Origin: the human T2T-CHM13v2.0 reference genome, Homo sapiens
Reading direction: 5' to 3' (one strand)
Assembly (NCBI RefSeq): GCF_009914755.1
Contig: NC_060926.1
DNA: 64,000 nt
In this document: one piece after another, positions 39,697 through 54,149 of the stretch
How positions within the stretch are numbered: position 1 is the stretch's first letter
How the letters are laid out: every line of letters starts with the position of its first letter
Notes under the pieces: generated by a model
Seen by the model: only the letters and a program-made list of their open reading frames with translations
Database searches by the model: none
Told to the model about the DNA's origin: nothing
Made by a program: the position numbers and the translations under genes

Positions 39697-40117
39697 TGAT
39701 GCTGGTTATATTGAGGTGAAGGGGCATGTTAAATTCAAGATACATTTGTGTTTCCACTATGTGGAGCCTCGCTTGTGGAGGGTACAATGTAGAGATGTAT
39801 TCAGGTCTTTACAATGTAGGTGAGCATAAATGCATTTTTATCATTTCTATAATAATCACATTTAAATTGAGCATGTCTGTGGTTAGGCAGGCAGTTACAA
39901 ATGCTTGCCATAAAAGATTCTCATTTAGTCTAGTGAAAACTATAACACCATCAAACTTGCCCCTGGAGGAGCAGTGTGTCTGTTGAGGTCCATCCGTTCC
40001 TCAGCAGCCACTGTTCCAGGCCCGTGTTTCCCACACTTCCCATTTCAACATTCTTAGAATATGCACAAAGAGTGTGTCCTCAGATAGTGACAGAATAGGA
40101 TACACGAGTAAAGTTAG

Positions 40118-40507
<390 letters not shown>

Positions 40508-42544
40508 GGCAGTTGGTTCTTTACGGTGTCACTGGGAGCCGAGGTGGCCATGCTGTGTGTGTCCAAGTGTAAAAAGAACCAGAGGACGGTTCCCCCGTCC
40601 TGGCCAAGGAGGCTAGTGGGAAGCTTCCTGAGATGTCTGTGGACACAGGAAAAAATTGTTGTGTTGTCCTACAGGGAGACATGTGAGTGTAATTCCTGCT
40701 ATTCAGAAAGATAGAGTCCAAAGTGACACGACCAAAAGACCGCCAATACAAAATCTAATGCCGCCTGCCCAGTCCTCCTTGTAACCTGGTCCCACTGACA
40801 GGTTTCCCGCTGTGAACAGTAAAGGGAAAGGCCCAATCTCCAATAGCACCAATAGAGTGGAAGCCACAGGATTGGCTCTGAGCCACCTCAACATCCGCTC
40901 AGGTGTTTGCAGGTATGCCCAGCCAGGGAGTCTGGGGCAGCCCTGCCGAGGTTAAGTTTGCCTTTGTGCTTTATAAGCCGAAGCTTGGGAGAACCTGATC
41001 ACACCCAAAATGTCATTCTGAGGGTCAGCAGGAGGTTGGGCGCAGGACTCCTAGTAAGTGCTGAGTCTATTTATTTAGCTGTTCTCATTTGATGTGCTGA
41101 AGAAAATAAATACGATATCTAGTAGCAGTGCAATACTTTTGGTCTAGATGATGGTCCAGGGAGGCCCAAATTATTTAACTTGGGCGACTGGTTCCCTGGA
41201 CTTAATACCTTTTGCCTGTTTTTTGTGTTTTCGTAAACGTGTGTGTGTCCACTCTTTGCCCATCTGTCAATTTTCTCATTTACCTTCTGCCTTATTTGCC
41301 TTATTCTCACGTCCCTTCCACTGCACATCTCTCTATCAGTTAATTAATCCATTCACCCAGCCAGCCTTTTATTGATCATCTGTTGTGTCTAGGGCAGCAT
41401 GATTAGCGTTGTGGACTGAACAATAAATTACAAACAATCCCAGCACCAGGGATGAAAAAATTATGTGTACAAATGACTCTGATAACAAATGATTATTTTG
41501 AATCTATGTAATAACCGTAGTGATCATTAGCTGAGCATGTGCTATGTGCCAGGCCTGGCTCTGAGCACGGACTTGTTCCATCAGCCCTGGGAACGGCCAG
41601 TGGGCAGGCTGGGGACAGGATGGGAGTTCGGGAAGGCTGGGAGTGTTGTCTTGGGCCTGTCTGGAAAGGTCTCTGCCTTTGGAGACCTGGCTGCCAGCCT
41701 TGGAGGTGGCCCTGGCCGCTGCTGGGATCTTGTGTCTGCTCCTCTCTAAGCATGAGATGCTGAGTCGGTTCCTTTAGCTCAGACTCATCCACACCTTTAG
41801 GAAAAGGAGGTAATGCCGGCCTCGCGCGGTTATGAGAGTGAAATTAAACTCCACATAGCTGGCTCAGGGTGAGGCCTGATAAGCACTGTGTCCCTGTGGT
41901 GGCTGTGGCCTGGCCTGACTCTCCTGGGTCCCCGGGCAGGGCTTCCTGTCTCCATCGCTGTCTCTTATTTCTCTGCCTCCTTCAGGTCCAGCTTCTACTC
42001 TCTCCTCCCTTCTGCCTCCCCCACGCATTGCTTCCTCCTGGGTTTGTTCCCCTCTGCCTCTCTTGGGCCAGTGCCTTCTACCAGCCCTGCTCCCACCCTA
42101 GCCTTAGGCCTTAGGCTGACTCCCTTACCTCTGCTGCTCAGGCACCCTCCTTTCTAAAGCATGGTGATAACAGCACCGTCCAGACTCGAAGCAGGGGACC
42201 TGCGAAACTTCAGCTGGCGTGGTGCCGCACAGGTGCTCCCTGGCCTTGGTGGCTCTCAATGGGGTGAGCATGTGCCCTGCTTTCCTCTCTTCTGCCCTTT
42301 GCTGCGACTCCTCTGCTGTCTTGCTCTGCCCGCTGCAGGCGTGGTGGCACTGGGCAGCTGCTGTTACTCCCACTGCCCTCACCTTTGACCCTCAGCCCTG
42401 AGCACTCAGCTGGATTTCTCTTTTCTGGGTTGGTTGTCCTCACACTGAAGGAAGCTCAGCTCAGCGCCGTGGAAGGGGCAGGACCCAGTCTCAGCTCTGA
42501 CATGGTCATATCTGTAGGCTTGGGCTGAGTCTTCCACCTGCAAG

Positions 42545-42888
42545 TGCAATGGACTGAAATTTTATGTCCCCCAGAAATTCAGGTGGTGAAGTTCTAACCC
42601 CCAGTGTGACTATATTTGGAGATGAGCCCTCTGAGGAAATAGGGTTGAGAGTAGGGCCCCCATAATGGGATTCCTGCCCTTCTGAAAAGAGACAGCAGAG
42701 AGCTGTCTCTGCCACCTGAGGACATAGCGAGAAGGCAGCCATCGGCAAGCCAGAAAGTGGCCCCCATCAGACTCTGCTGGCACTTGGATCCTGGACTTGC
42801 AGCCTCCAGAGCTGCGAGAAATGAATACCTGCTGTTGAAGCCCCCAGCCTGTGGTCTTTTGTTAGGGCTGCCTGAGCTGACTCAGGCA
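42545..42888 (+). mobile_element. MLT1A-like MaLR solo LTR
   Basis: TGCAATGGACTGAA start; TGAGGACATAGCGAGAAGGCAGCCATC and GGACTTGCAGCCTCCAGAGCTGCGAGAAATGAAT; ends CA. Confidence 0.85.
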
Positions 42889-44440
42889 ATGAAGCTACCT
42901 CAGTCTCTCCCTGCGGTGGAGACTCCACCCCATGGGGTGTCAGGGTGCACTGGTGACCACTGCACCTTCCCCATAGGAGCATCTCCACTAGCCAGGTTCC
43001 TTCTTGCTGGAAACAAGGCCCATCTTTTCTTGATGACAGTGAGGGAATGGGTAGATGGGAAAATTACGGCCATAACTTGTTTTGCTTTAATTTTGGGCTA
43101 CATCCATGTTATAAGATGATCTCATTCTGTTAGAAACACATGCGTATACCGCCCCCCACCGCCCCCGACTTGTAGATCCCTGGCCCATTGGCAGAAGTGA
43201 GTAGACCTGGGCTTCCTGCCCTCCTGGGCTCCACGTGCCACCAGCCAAGGACAAATCAGAGTTGGGATGTGTCTCCTTCCAAGGTTGGATCTGCTTGGAT
43301 CCATTTTGGATGCAAAAGTGAGGGTGCTAGCTTTGAAAAAGCTTCTCAATTTGACTTTCCTTTCACTTCCGTAAAGTGTAGGGGATTAGAAGTGAGAGTT
43401 GGGGAGGAAGGAGGCCAATTCTAGATAAGTTTTTTCATCAGCTATGTGAATTGGAGACAAAAGTTAGAAAACCTAGGTACTAGTGCTGTCTTTTGCTTAA
43501 AGGATTTTTGTGCCCTTGAAACTTCTACACCCATAAAATGCATTTTCATGGAGTTAAAGCCATTGCTTAAAAGTAGGTTAAAAGGAGAGGGAAATTCTTT
43601 TCTCCATTTCTATCAACGCCATTTAGATGATGATGTTTCAGTCTTTTTTCCATGCTTAGGTTTCCTTTTTCCTCTGGTTTGTATATTTATAGTCATACTC
43701 TATCCAAATGAACTTTTCTCATTAATAGGGATTCTGAAACTACTGTTATCTCCATCTCCTCTTGAACAAGTAATACAAGCAATATATATTTTTGATATTT
43801 AACATATCTATAGTTGTACTATATTAATACAATTATTATACTGTATATTACTTATATGTAGGTTAAATAAGACACTTCTGTTGGCCAGTGCAGAACTTCC
43901 TCATCTCTAAGTGCCTTCTCCTAGAGTTTTCTATTTTTTTGTTTTCTTTCAATATGCTTTATCCATAGAATGCATAATTTTTTTTGTTTGTTCTCCTTCA
44001 TTCGTTTTCTTCATTCTTATATAGCTTAAATCAGTTACAAACAAGCCACTGTAATCCAATACTCTGTACTTTAAACAAAAGCTATCTGTGTTAATTCTGT
44101 TGTGTTTTGACAGAGGGTGACTAGTCAGGGCAGCGGATCTCTTATCTGCTCGTTTGGGTTTCTAAAAATGTATTCTGGTTGCATTCAACTTTTTAGAATT
44201 CTAAACTGATATAGACAATTGTTATTTAAAACATGGTATGACTGTGAACGATTTAATGCACGCTTCTCTGCCAATCTCCCCCTCCTCCCGATGCCCGCAG
44301 CCTCACTTGTGCTCAGAGGGTTCCAGCGCCCAAGTGAGCCCCACCCACCTTCCTCAGCTGAGGGCCTGGGACCCTCGGCTCCCATAGCGGGTGTGAGAGG
44401 CCAGGTTTGCAGTTAGATGTGGCACTTCACACCATTTTTT

Positions 44441-44739
44441 TCTTTTTCTTTTTTTGGAGACAGAGTCTTACCCTATTGACCAGGCTGGAGTGTAGTGGCG
44501 CGATCTTGGCTTACTGCAAACTCTGCCTCCCAGGTTCAAGCAATTCTCCTGCCTCAGCCTCCTGAGTAGCTGGGATTACAAGTGTGCACCACCATGCCCA
44601 GCTAATTTTTGTATTTTTAGTAGAGATGGGGTTTCGCCATGTTGGCCAGGCTGGTCTCCCAACTCCTGGCCTCAAGTGATCCACCCGCCTCGGCCTCCCA
44701 AGGTGCTGGGCTTACAGGCATGAGCCACCTTGCCTGGCC
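44441..44739 (-). mobile_element. AluSx/Sz
   Basis: Full dimer; degenerate TSD TCACA...TTTTTT. Confidence 0.96.
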
Positions 44740-44956
44740 TCACAACCTTTTTTCAATGAGAAAAACATTAGCCTTCTTTTGTTACACATAAGAGAGTTCT
44801 TTCTAGTTGAAGAGATGTTTCCCTGAGTCTTTCTGATGAAAATGATCCTCTTGCTACATAAAATCCTTATAGGAGCAATAAAACCTGCCTTCGGAACCAG
44901 CTGTAAAGCACTTATTGTCCATCATCATCTGCTGGTGAGGACCTTGCTCCCCGGCT

Positions 44957-45135
44957 TGTGATTCTCAAACCCCAACTTAGGCTTGCTCCCGGTTAACGGG
45001 AGGGCTTTTTCTGACACAGACTGCTGCCCCACACACCCCCAGTTTCTGCCTCAGTGGTCTGGGGTGGGCCCCAGTAATTTGCATTTTTAAAAAGTCCCCA
45101 GGTGATGCTGGTGCTGGCCAGGGCACACCTCACCA
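44957..45135 (+). mobile_element. MER5A-like
   Basis: GGTCTGGGGTGGGCCCCAGTAATTTGCATTTTTAAAAAGTCCCCAGGTGATGCTG. Confidence 0.75.
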
Positions 45136-48100
45136 TCAGATAACGAACAGGTTGGATATGAGTGGTCGCCAACTAAATGTTCACGAATGGATGTTGTGTT
45201 TTGCCATCACTGCCTGGAGGGGGCAGGGTAATCAGAGTCCAACACTAGCGTGTTCATGTATTGAGTGCAAGGGAGCAGAATTGGCTTGTCTTCAAAACAT
45301 CTTAATTTTTATTGCTTCTACTTTGTGGAATGTTACTTCCTATTTGTAGAACGAGAAGAATTAAAAGTTGATTTGTGAGCTAAAAATACGGGCAGCCGTT
45401 TCTTCTTCATCAAAGCCCACAAATAGACCTGAACATTTAGACATAAAAGTAAACCGTTAGAAATAGTGTGCATGTCATTAGGATCTGTTGATTGGATTAA
45501 AATGACAGACTCGTTTCTTGGCTTCCTGCAGCTCTCGTCATTGCCCACCATCTATTTTTAGCAGATCTTGCCCTGCTGACTCAGAGTGGGAACAGTTGCT
45601 GAGCCCTGGGCTTCTCAATGCCATAGGCTGGCAAGTAGCCTGACTTCTAGGATGGGTAGCACTCTATGCCTGGGCAGCAGGAGAGTCTGTGCCTGTGAGG
45701 AGACCCCTCTGCAGGCAGCCTGGGAGCCCGGCCACCCCCGCCTGCCCCATTTCTTGTTACCTCACCCACTGAGAGGAGCCACCTCTGGAGCCCTGGTTTC
45801 CTAGGCCCTTTGAGAAGTGTGCCAGGTGTTGCTGCCTGGAGTGTCATCACTTGATGTGACATCTTACTGCATCCCCCGCACCTGTCCTCATCTTAGGTGA
45901 AGGCATCAGGCCAGGCCCTTAGTGCCTCCTTCCTCTGTTCTGGGCACCCCTAGGGGAGAAGTGTACATGGGTGGAGCTTGTCTTCAGGAGACTGTACCTG
46001 TTTCTTTAAGGCTGCTGTCCAGGTGGGTCTCTCGCTGCCAGCTGATGCACATAGGCAAGACTTGGGTGGAGGGAACGGCCTTTGAGCTGTGCCCGAAGAA
46101 GGAAGGGTGTGGCAGGTCAGCCCGAGGCAAGGGAGGAGAGTCCTCATCTGCAGGGCTTGGTGAGGAGCCAGCCAGAGTCCAACCCCTCCCCTTTATATCA
46201 CAGATGCACACTGCTAGGGGAGTGCTCCTCGTGTTAGAACCTGCAAGAGTTGGAAGGCACTGCTTAGAGGTTGTCCGCTCCCACTCAGGAAACTTTGGGG
46301 CTCTGGAAATGCCCATGAGCAACACAGCTGAGAGGGTAGGTACTGTATGTGGGAGCCACTTGGAAGCCCCTGCGGCCCTGGGCTCAGCCACTCTGCACCC
46401 TCATTTTCTCATTTGTTAAATGAAGAGGTGACAGCGGAAGATCTCTAATCCTTCCTTCCAGGATTTAAATTCTAGTAATTCTTAAGAGAATGTTGATTCA
46501 TCTAGAGAAACCTGAGGCAGTGATGTAAATTACAGCCACACTGATAAGAAACTGGTCATTTTTTACCTCTCCCACGTAACCTCTGTGCCTTCACGTTTTT
46601 CTCTTCACTCCAGAAGAAGAGTGACCAGGTGTGGTGGAAGGCTCGGTGGCTTTCACGATGGGAGGATATACGGTGTAAAGTGCCTAACAACAATGTAGGG
46701 AGTGCACCCTCGCCCCGTCGCCGTGCTTACCGGCCAGAGTGCTGCTGCAGATTACTCTTCGCTCACTGTCTTTGGGATGTCCTTATTTGTTCCGTGTATT
46801 ACAGTGTAGTTTATTGTATGTTTTTAGAGCACTCTTGTGTTCATTTAAACTTCTCTAGAGCAAAGAGCATTTCGAACTGACTCCGTAATAGATCTGATCA
46901 TAGTGACCTCTTGAAGTGCTTGATACAGGGTTTCGTTTTTCTACTTGACAATTCAGGCAAATCAGTGGTATACATTCTTCGTAGAGCTTGTGAGTTTTGT
47001 CTATAATTTGATCCATGTAAAAATGACGCAGCTGCTCGTGGTGGTTGTGTTTTGATAGGCCACTCAATATTTTCATATCTGTTGTATATTTAACACCCGA
47101 ATAACTTACCAAGATTTTATCGAGTGAACTGATTTTTCTTTTTGGGAGGAGCAGAGGTCAAGCTACCAAAAATGTTTTTTCGATGTTTTGAGTGTGTGTT
47201 TTTTAAGCATAATCAGAAACAAAAAGAAGAGCCTTAATGGGTTAGCGGTTGATTCTGAAAAGCAAGCTGTTGATTGTGTTGTGGGCTCTGCACAGAGCCG
47301 TGGGAACGCTTCCCCAGTCCTGCCTTGGTGACCGGAGAGATGGATGAGATTTTGGAGACCCCTCCTGCTCAGCCTCACCACTGACCCGCTCCATGCCCTA
47401 GGCAGGGAGGTGCTTTGCGCACCTTCATATGTAGAAGATGGTTTGCTGCTTGGGGGTTTCTGATGGCCCTTTCAGCTATCACATTTTATGATGATCTTGA
47501 CATTCTTTGTAAGATGTGATTTCTTAGTTATCAAGATCATCATATTCAGTGTAGTCCTAAGGTAGAATCAGAATAAATTGCCCAGCTTCAGCAGTTATCA
47601 ATTAATGGCCAATCCTTTATCTAAGCCCCTATAGACTCTAACAGATTATTTCTGAAGTGAATTCCAGACATCAATTCCTGTCCTGTAAATATTACGGAAT
47701 TTCAATAACAATAACTACTTAACAAGTATGCAGTCAGTGTTCAAATTTTCCCACCTGTCTCAAAATGTTATTTACAACTGGTTGTTAAAGTCAGAATCCA
47801 CGTAAGGTCCACACATGCAGCTGAATGATCTATTGATTTGTCCAAACTCGTTTGTTTTTTTTTTTCCACCTTCCCCATGCCAGTTGATTTGTTGGCAAAA
47901 CCCGGTCTTTTTTCATTTGGGCTTCCCACAGTCTGCAATGTGCTGACTAGGACCCTGAACTTCCTAGAAACTGCACATCAGAACCAGAGCCAGTCTGGTG
48001 CGATTTTCTGGCAAGGCTGCCCCTTAGGTGGTGTGTGTGCATCTATCAGGCCGAGGCCCATGTGAGCAACCTGGATGGCCGTGGCCTCCACCTGTAATGC

Positions 48101-48221
48101 ACAGGGGTTGCAAAGTGATGATTTTCTGATTCAGTCACTCCTTCTGCACTTGCTAGCCAGGTGAGGAGAGTACTTGTCAGCTATTACCCCGACGTGCAGT
48201 TTAGATGGGAGTCTTTCCCTT

Positions 48222-48786
48222 TCTCACCAGCCGAGTCAGCTTTTCCCTAATGGTGGGATTCTTTCCTGTCCTGTGTCATGAAGCCAACCCATGAAACTGA
48301 AGGTGAGCATCAAGCAGTGCAGGCTTTATATAATGGCCGTGGAATTGAGAAGTGGCAGTGTGGCTCGCAAATTGGCTTCTCAGTCCATGAGAGGTGGGAA
48401 GCCACAGATGTAGGACATCTTTAATGAAGGGATTGGGCATTAAAAGCCAGGAGAGGAATATTCATGTATTTTCTGGGAATGGGTGGAGAACGTCTGGAAA
48501 CCAGAGTGCTGCCTGTTTTTTTGTCCCCTTATGGTTTCTTGTCATTGTCATGGTGATTGTCAACTGTCATGGTCCTAGTGGGAGTGTCATTTAGTATGGA
48601 AATTAGATGATAATGAAGTTAAAGGTTCTTCAGAGGTCAGGTGAGCTGCCATCTTGGATCCCACTGGTTTCAGCTGGTCTGGTCAGGCAGGGAACTTCTG
48701 ACCTCGGGCATCCTGTTTCTGAGACAAGTAGAGTTAAGGCAGGGTAGAAATTCACCTAGGTCATGTAGGCATTGCACTGGCTAACA
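48222..48786 (-). mobile_element. ERV1-class (MER4 group, MER31/MER67-like) solo LTR
   Basis: GTCATGGTCCTAGTGGGAGTGTC, AGAGGTCAGG...GCCATCTTGG and a reverse poly-A-like signal GGCTTTAT; ends ...TAACA. Family and left edge uncertain. Confidence 0.6.
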
Positions 48787-49260
48787 AGTTTATTTGGCAG
48801 TTTTCAGAGTAAATAGTTCTGGTTCCCCAGTATCCACCAAAGTGAGCAATGAATTTGTTTATTTCTTTGTTTTGAGTAGCAATTGTGGAACTCTGATTTA
48901 AGATACTTTGTGTGTATTTTTACCCACTGCAGTTGACACCCTCATTGCTGCTCAGGCTGCCCCAGCCTTGGCCAGCGAAAGCTGCCTTAGGTGGCCTTCG
49001 TGTTCTCTTGCCACGTGCCTGTAGTCCTTAATAATCACACCGGAAAGCAGGGAGCTGTGGGGGTTTCAGGCTCCTTTAGACAGTGCCTACCCCAGCTGGG
49101 GTCTGCGTGCCTTCAAAGAACTGTGGGGACCACTACTGTTTATGGGTTGCTTCTGGTTTGGTCATTGTGTCTGAGCCTTTTCAGTGGATAAAAGCTTTTT
49201 TTCTTTGGTGTGGTTTGTTTTTAAACATAATCTATTATAAATTCACATTGATACTTATAA

Positions 49261-49601
<341 letters not shown>

Positions 49602-49885
49602 GAATCCTTTGATTTTATATTTCCTTTATGCTGAAAATCTTTGTCCCTAGGATCGTTTACGTAATGACTTATTTGCTTGCTTGTGTGTTTTATTTATATA
49701 CAATATATATAAATGTTTAAAATAACCCCACCAATATAATTGCAAACCATATAAGTACTGAAAACAACAGAAAATGTTTTTGTCCTTAGGGTTTATCTCA
49801 CAGGGGAAATACAGTCCAATTATTGTATTTCAAAGTCTTTCAGGATAATTCCTCTCTGTACTTAAGCCACCAACTCAATTTATAG

Positions 49886-50209
<324 letters not shown>

Positions 50210-50259
50210 TAAAGATGTTTTTTTCTTTCCCCTTTTTATTTCTTGCTTTTTAAAAAAAG

Positions 50260-50490
50260 TTTTATTTTTTAGAGCAGTTTTAGTTTCACAGCAAAACTGA
50301 GCAGAAGGTACAGAGTTTTCTCATATATCCAGTTCCCCCACATGAACTAGCAACATCCCCGACAGGGTGCTGCATTTGTTTCTGTGGGTGAAACTGCACT
50401 GACAAAAACCAATCACCCAAAGTCCAGGGTTTATATTTGGGTTCACTCTTTGTGTTGTGCATTCCATGGGTTTGGACAAATGTATAATAA
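50260..50490 (-). mobile_element. L1MC1/2-like 3' end
   Basis: TTTTAGAGCAGTTTTAGTTTCACAGCAAAACTGAGCAGAAGGTACAGAG...CACCCAAAGTCCA...TGGGTTTGGACAAATGTATAAT. Confidence 0.85.
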
Positions 50491-50827
50491 TAATTATTGC
50501 TTTTTAATGTGAGCAAACACATATGTGTATACAGTGATATATTTTTAATTTTTTTTTTCCTCAAATAAGCAATAGCATACTCTATACACTTTTCCCAAGC
50601 AAGAGGTCAAAGGTGGTTTTCTAATTATATGGTATATTGTAACTTAATCATGATATTGAGTTAAACTGAATGGGCCTGTTTATTTAGTTATTTTGAAACG
50701 GGTAATTATAAAAACTGCTGCATAAATATTTGAGTCATATTCCAAAAGAGTTAGAAAATACATGGATATTCCTGTCTTATTTTTGCTTTAACAAACTTGG
50801 TCTATTTAGTTTACATGTATGCTCCGT

Positions 50828-51012
50828 CAGTGGTTCTCAGCCAGGGTGATTTCATTCCCCAAGGGATATTCAGCAGGCAGTGTCTGCAGGCGTTGTTGAT
50901 TGTCACCAATTTAGGCAGGGTGTGGATTGTTGTTAAACATCCTACAACGCAGGGGACAGCTCCACGACAAAGAATTACCAAAACGTCTGTATGCCCCTGG
51001 TGAGAAACACTG
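50828..51012 (+). mobile_element. MER20 hAT DNA transposon
   Basis: Terminal inverted repeats CAGTGGTTCTCA / TGAGAAACACTG; TAAACATCCTACAACGCAGGGGACAG core. Confidence 0.85.
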
Positions 51013-54000
51013 CTCATGTTCAACCAGGTATTTGAGTCATTATTCCTCCCTCTAGACCTCTCCCTCCTCCCTAACTTCCTTCCTTCGCCGCTTCCTCTCA
51101 TCTTCCACGCACCCTCCCCCCAGTCTTTTTCAGTAAAACTAGGTATTTACATCTAGGACTTTAGGAAAACATGAATCATTTAAAATGAAACACATCAACG
51201 ATATATTCTTTATTACCAGTCTTGTAAAAAGAGCAAAACAGTTTAGCATTTGAAAGCTCTATTGTAGTTTGCTCTGGTATAAATCATATGTGCAGTCAAA
51301 CTTTTTTTGGAAAGCTAATTCTGCTTTATGATACAGGTCCCAAGAAGACAGAATTTTATTAGGTGCATGCACATGGAATACCAACTTCAGGGTTGAAAGT
51401 GACTGAGGTTGATAGTCTCTGTATTGGCCGCCCTCTGGGCACTGTGGCTTCAGGGTTGAAAGACAATCATTTGCAGGCGTGTGTAAGTATATATGGCTGG
51501 TGGGCAGAGTGGTGGCTTTGCTGCTCTTGCAAGGCTGTTTTGTCATTGATGGCACACAGGAGAGTGCTGGAGGTTAGTGTCAGTTTATCTTATCTCTGTA
51601 CTTCCTGTTGCCTCACTTTAGGATCTTAAGAAATATTCAATTTCCACTAAAAAGAGGAGTGAACAATTCAATGTTTTGCTGTTTTAAGGGTCATGTATGT
51701 AAATATGGATGAATGGGGGCATTGGAGCAGGGAGCACATGGGGTATTATTGGCACCGGTTGCAGAGAGGGCCTGGGGACATGAGTGTGTGGCACAGAACG
51801 CAGGTGTTCAGATCGGCAGCGTCTGGACTGAGCCTGGGAGCTGGAAGGCTGGAGATGGTGCTTTTCTTCCTTTTGCATTTGGCAAGGAAGAGTATCCCGT
51901 AGTTTAGTGTTATTCCAGAAGCTCTCGGCATCATGTTTATTCCCTTTCTTTTTTTTCCCTTGTACTTTCTCATACCTCTATCAGATAAATTAAATGAATT
52001 GGAAAAATAACTAAGCATTTCTCTTTGACGCAGGTAAATGCAGTATACATTTGATTCCATGGAAAGGAAATATATATAATTAGAACACTTATAGACATTA
52101 GTGGTGACAGTTCACAGGTTAGTCTGCCCTCTCAGGAGTTGTCTTGATAAAATAAATTTTATTAAGCATGTTACTTGTAAGTGTCAGCACTTATCTGTGG
52201 TTGGTTCAGTACCCCTAGCTGGGGTGAGTGTTTGCTGTGATGATGGTTACAAGCATAGTCTTGCAGAAATGGATTTAGTCATCACAGTCCCTTTTTTATT
52301 TTAACTTTATGTCTCTAAGACATAAAAATTTATTATCCTTTTTAGGCCTTTGACTCACAGTTTGTACCACCATCTTTTCTTTCAGCATCTCCCCCACCCA
52401 CAAGAAAAAAGTTGACATTGATTTCTAATCCTTTCTGTCTGGCCAAATTCAGGATCTTAGAAAGGACACCCCTATTTCAGCTCCTATACTAGTGTTTTAA
52501 GGGGAACCTTTAAAATGGGATTCTGAAGCCTTGGCTGATTTTTCTTTTCTGCACAGGAAATAACCAATTTGTGCTATTTCTGGGTGGTGTGTGTTGAACT
52601 CACAGTTCTAGGACCGGAAGAGACTGCCAGCCATGCGGTTCCATATTGTGCAATGCAAGGGCAGAAATGGTATCCAGGTCTTTCTAAGGGGGAAAAAACC
52701 AGTATGGCCAAGCAGCAGGCTGCCAGGCTGTGCGGGCTAGCAGAAGGGAGGTTCTTAAATTCTCTGCACCCATGTGAGGGAGGCTGCTCTCTTGACAGCG
52801 TCTTAGGGTCAGGATGGCTGGAATGGAGCGTGGAGCCTGGTCTGGTTGGAGTCCCTGTGTGGCCTTTTGGAGATGAGTATGGTAACAGTGAGGCAGGAAG
52901 TGGCTGGATTTGCAGCGACTGTGTGGAGCCTCCCTGTTTAGGCTTAGTGAGCTGATGCAAAGTCTTTCGTAACCATGATCAGTTAAAACAAAACACCTGA
53001 TGTTGTGGCCTCCTGTCAGCTTTTGTCCTCCTGTAGAAACAAGATGCTTCTAGAAAACCAGTTTGTAAATTTGGCACAGAAAAAAAACCCTTTCAGCAAT
53101 TTGGTGTGGACTCTGCTTGTTAATTTATGGCTTCGCAACTTTTTTTAAGCTACCGGCACTAACAGCAGATCTTTAAGTGTTTAATCGTCCCAAGTCAGGT
53201 TTGACTGTGGGCTGACTAGCTATAGTGATCTAATTTGGTTCATTTCCTAGGAGAAGAAAATTATAACCACATTTTTATTAATTTATGGTTTTGATCCATC
53301 TATTTTAGACTCAATATTAAATCATCCCCTACTTCCAGAAGATGTGTTTTTGAACATAAGTATCTTTAGGATTTAATATTCTATGAAAGGAGTAGGAGCT
53401 AATGTTCGCTTGTTGTAATGTTTGTTTTCTTCTGATATGATGATTTTGTTGAAAAAATGTATTTGAAAGAGTAACGTGTAGGTAAGAAATAAGTTAGCCA
53501 AAACCATACTTCAAGGGAAGCCTCCCTCCTATCCTGGGAGCCCGGATAGCCTCACTGTGGCCTCTTGTTTGTACATCCAGAATATTCTTGAAACTGGGTT
53601 AGCTGAGTCATTTTTTTTTCTTCTTTCAGTGTTCTCCTTTTTTCTTTTTATAAAATGAAGAGATCTGTCCACAAGTCTAGCTTTTAACAATGAGAAAAAG
53701 CACTGAATTGTACACTTTAAACAGTGAACCAGTTTGGGGTCTGGTTTAGAGAGAAGAAATAAGGGTTAAAATTGTTTTCATCTTCCATATCTGATTCATA
53801 TAATCAGATATGAATAGTGAAGTTCCCCAAAGATACATGTAAGCTTGGAGTAAAGACAAAATGTATGCATTACTTTGATGGGGGAAGCCTGTGGTGAACC
53901 CACTGAGGTTGCTGGTGATTAAGTTTATGTGGACGGTGAATCTCAACAGAATGAAAATAAACTGTGGGTGTCTATTTTGAAGCAGATGAACCAGGCAGCA

Positions 54001-54149
54001 AAGCAGTAGCTGTGGTTCTTCATAGATAAATACATTTAGGGAAATTAATACAAAATGTTCTTACCTTATTTTTCTGAGTTGTTCACCGAGCTTCCTCAGA
54101 TGTTAACATCTTAACCACAGCACAGTTTTGAAAATCAGGAAGTTATACC

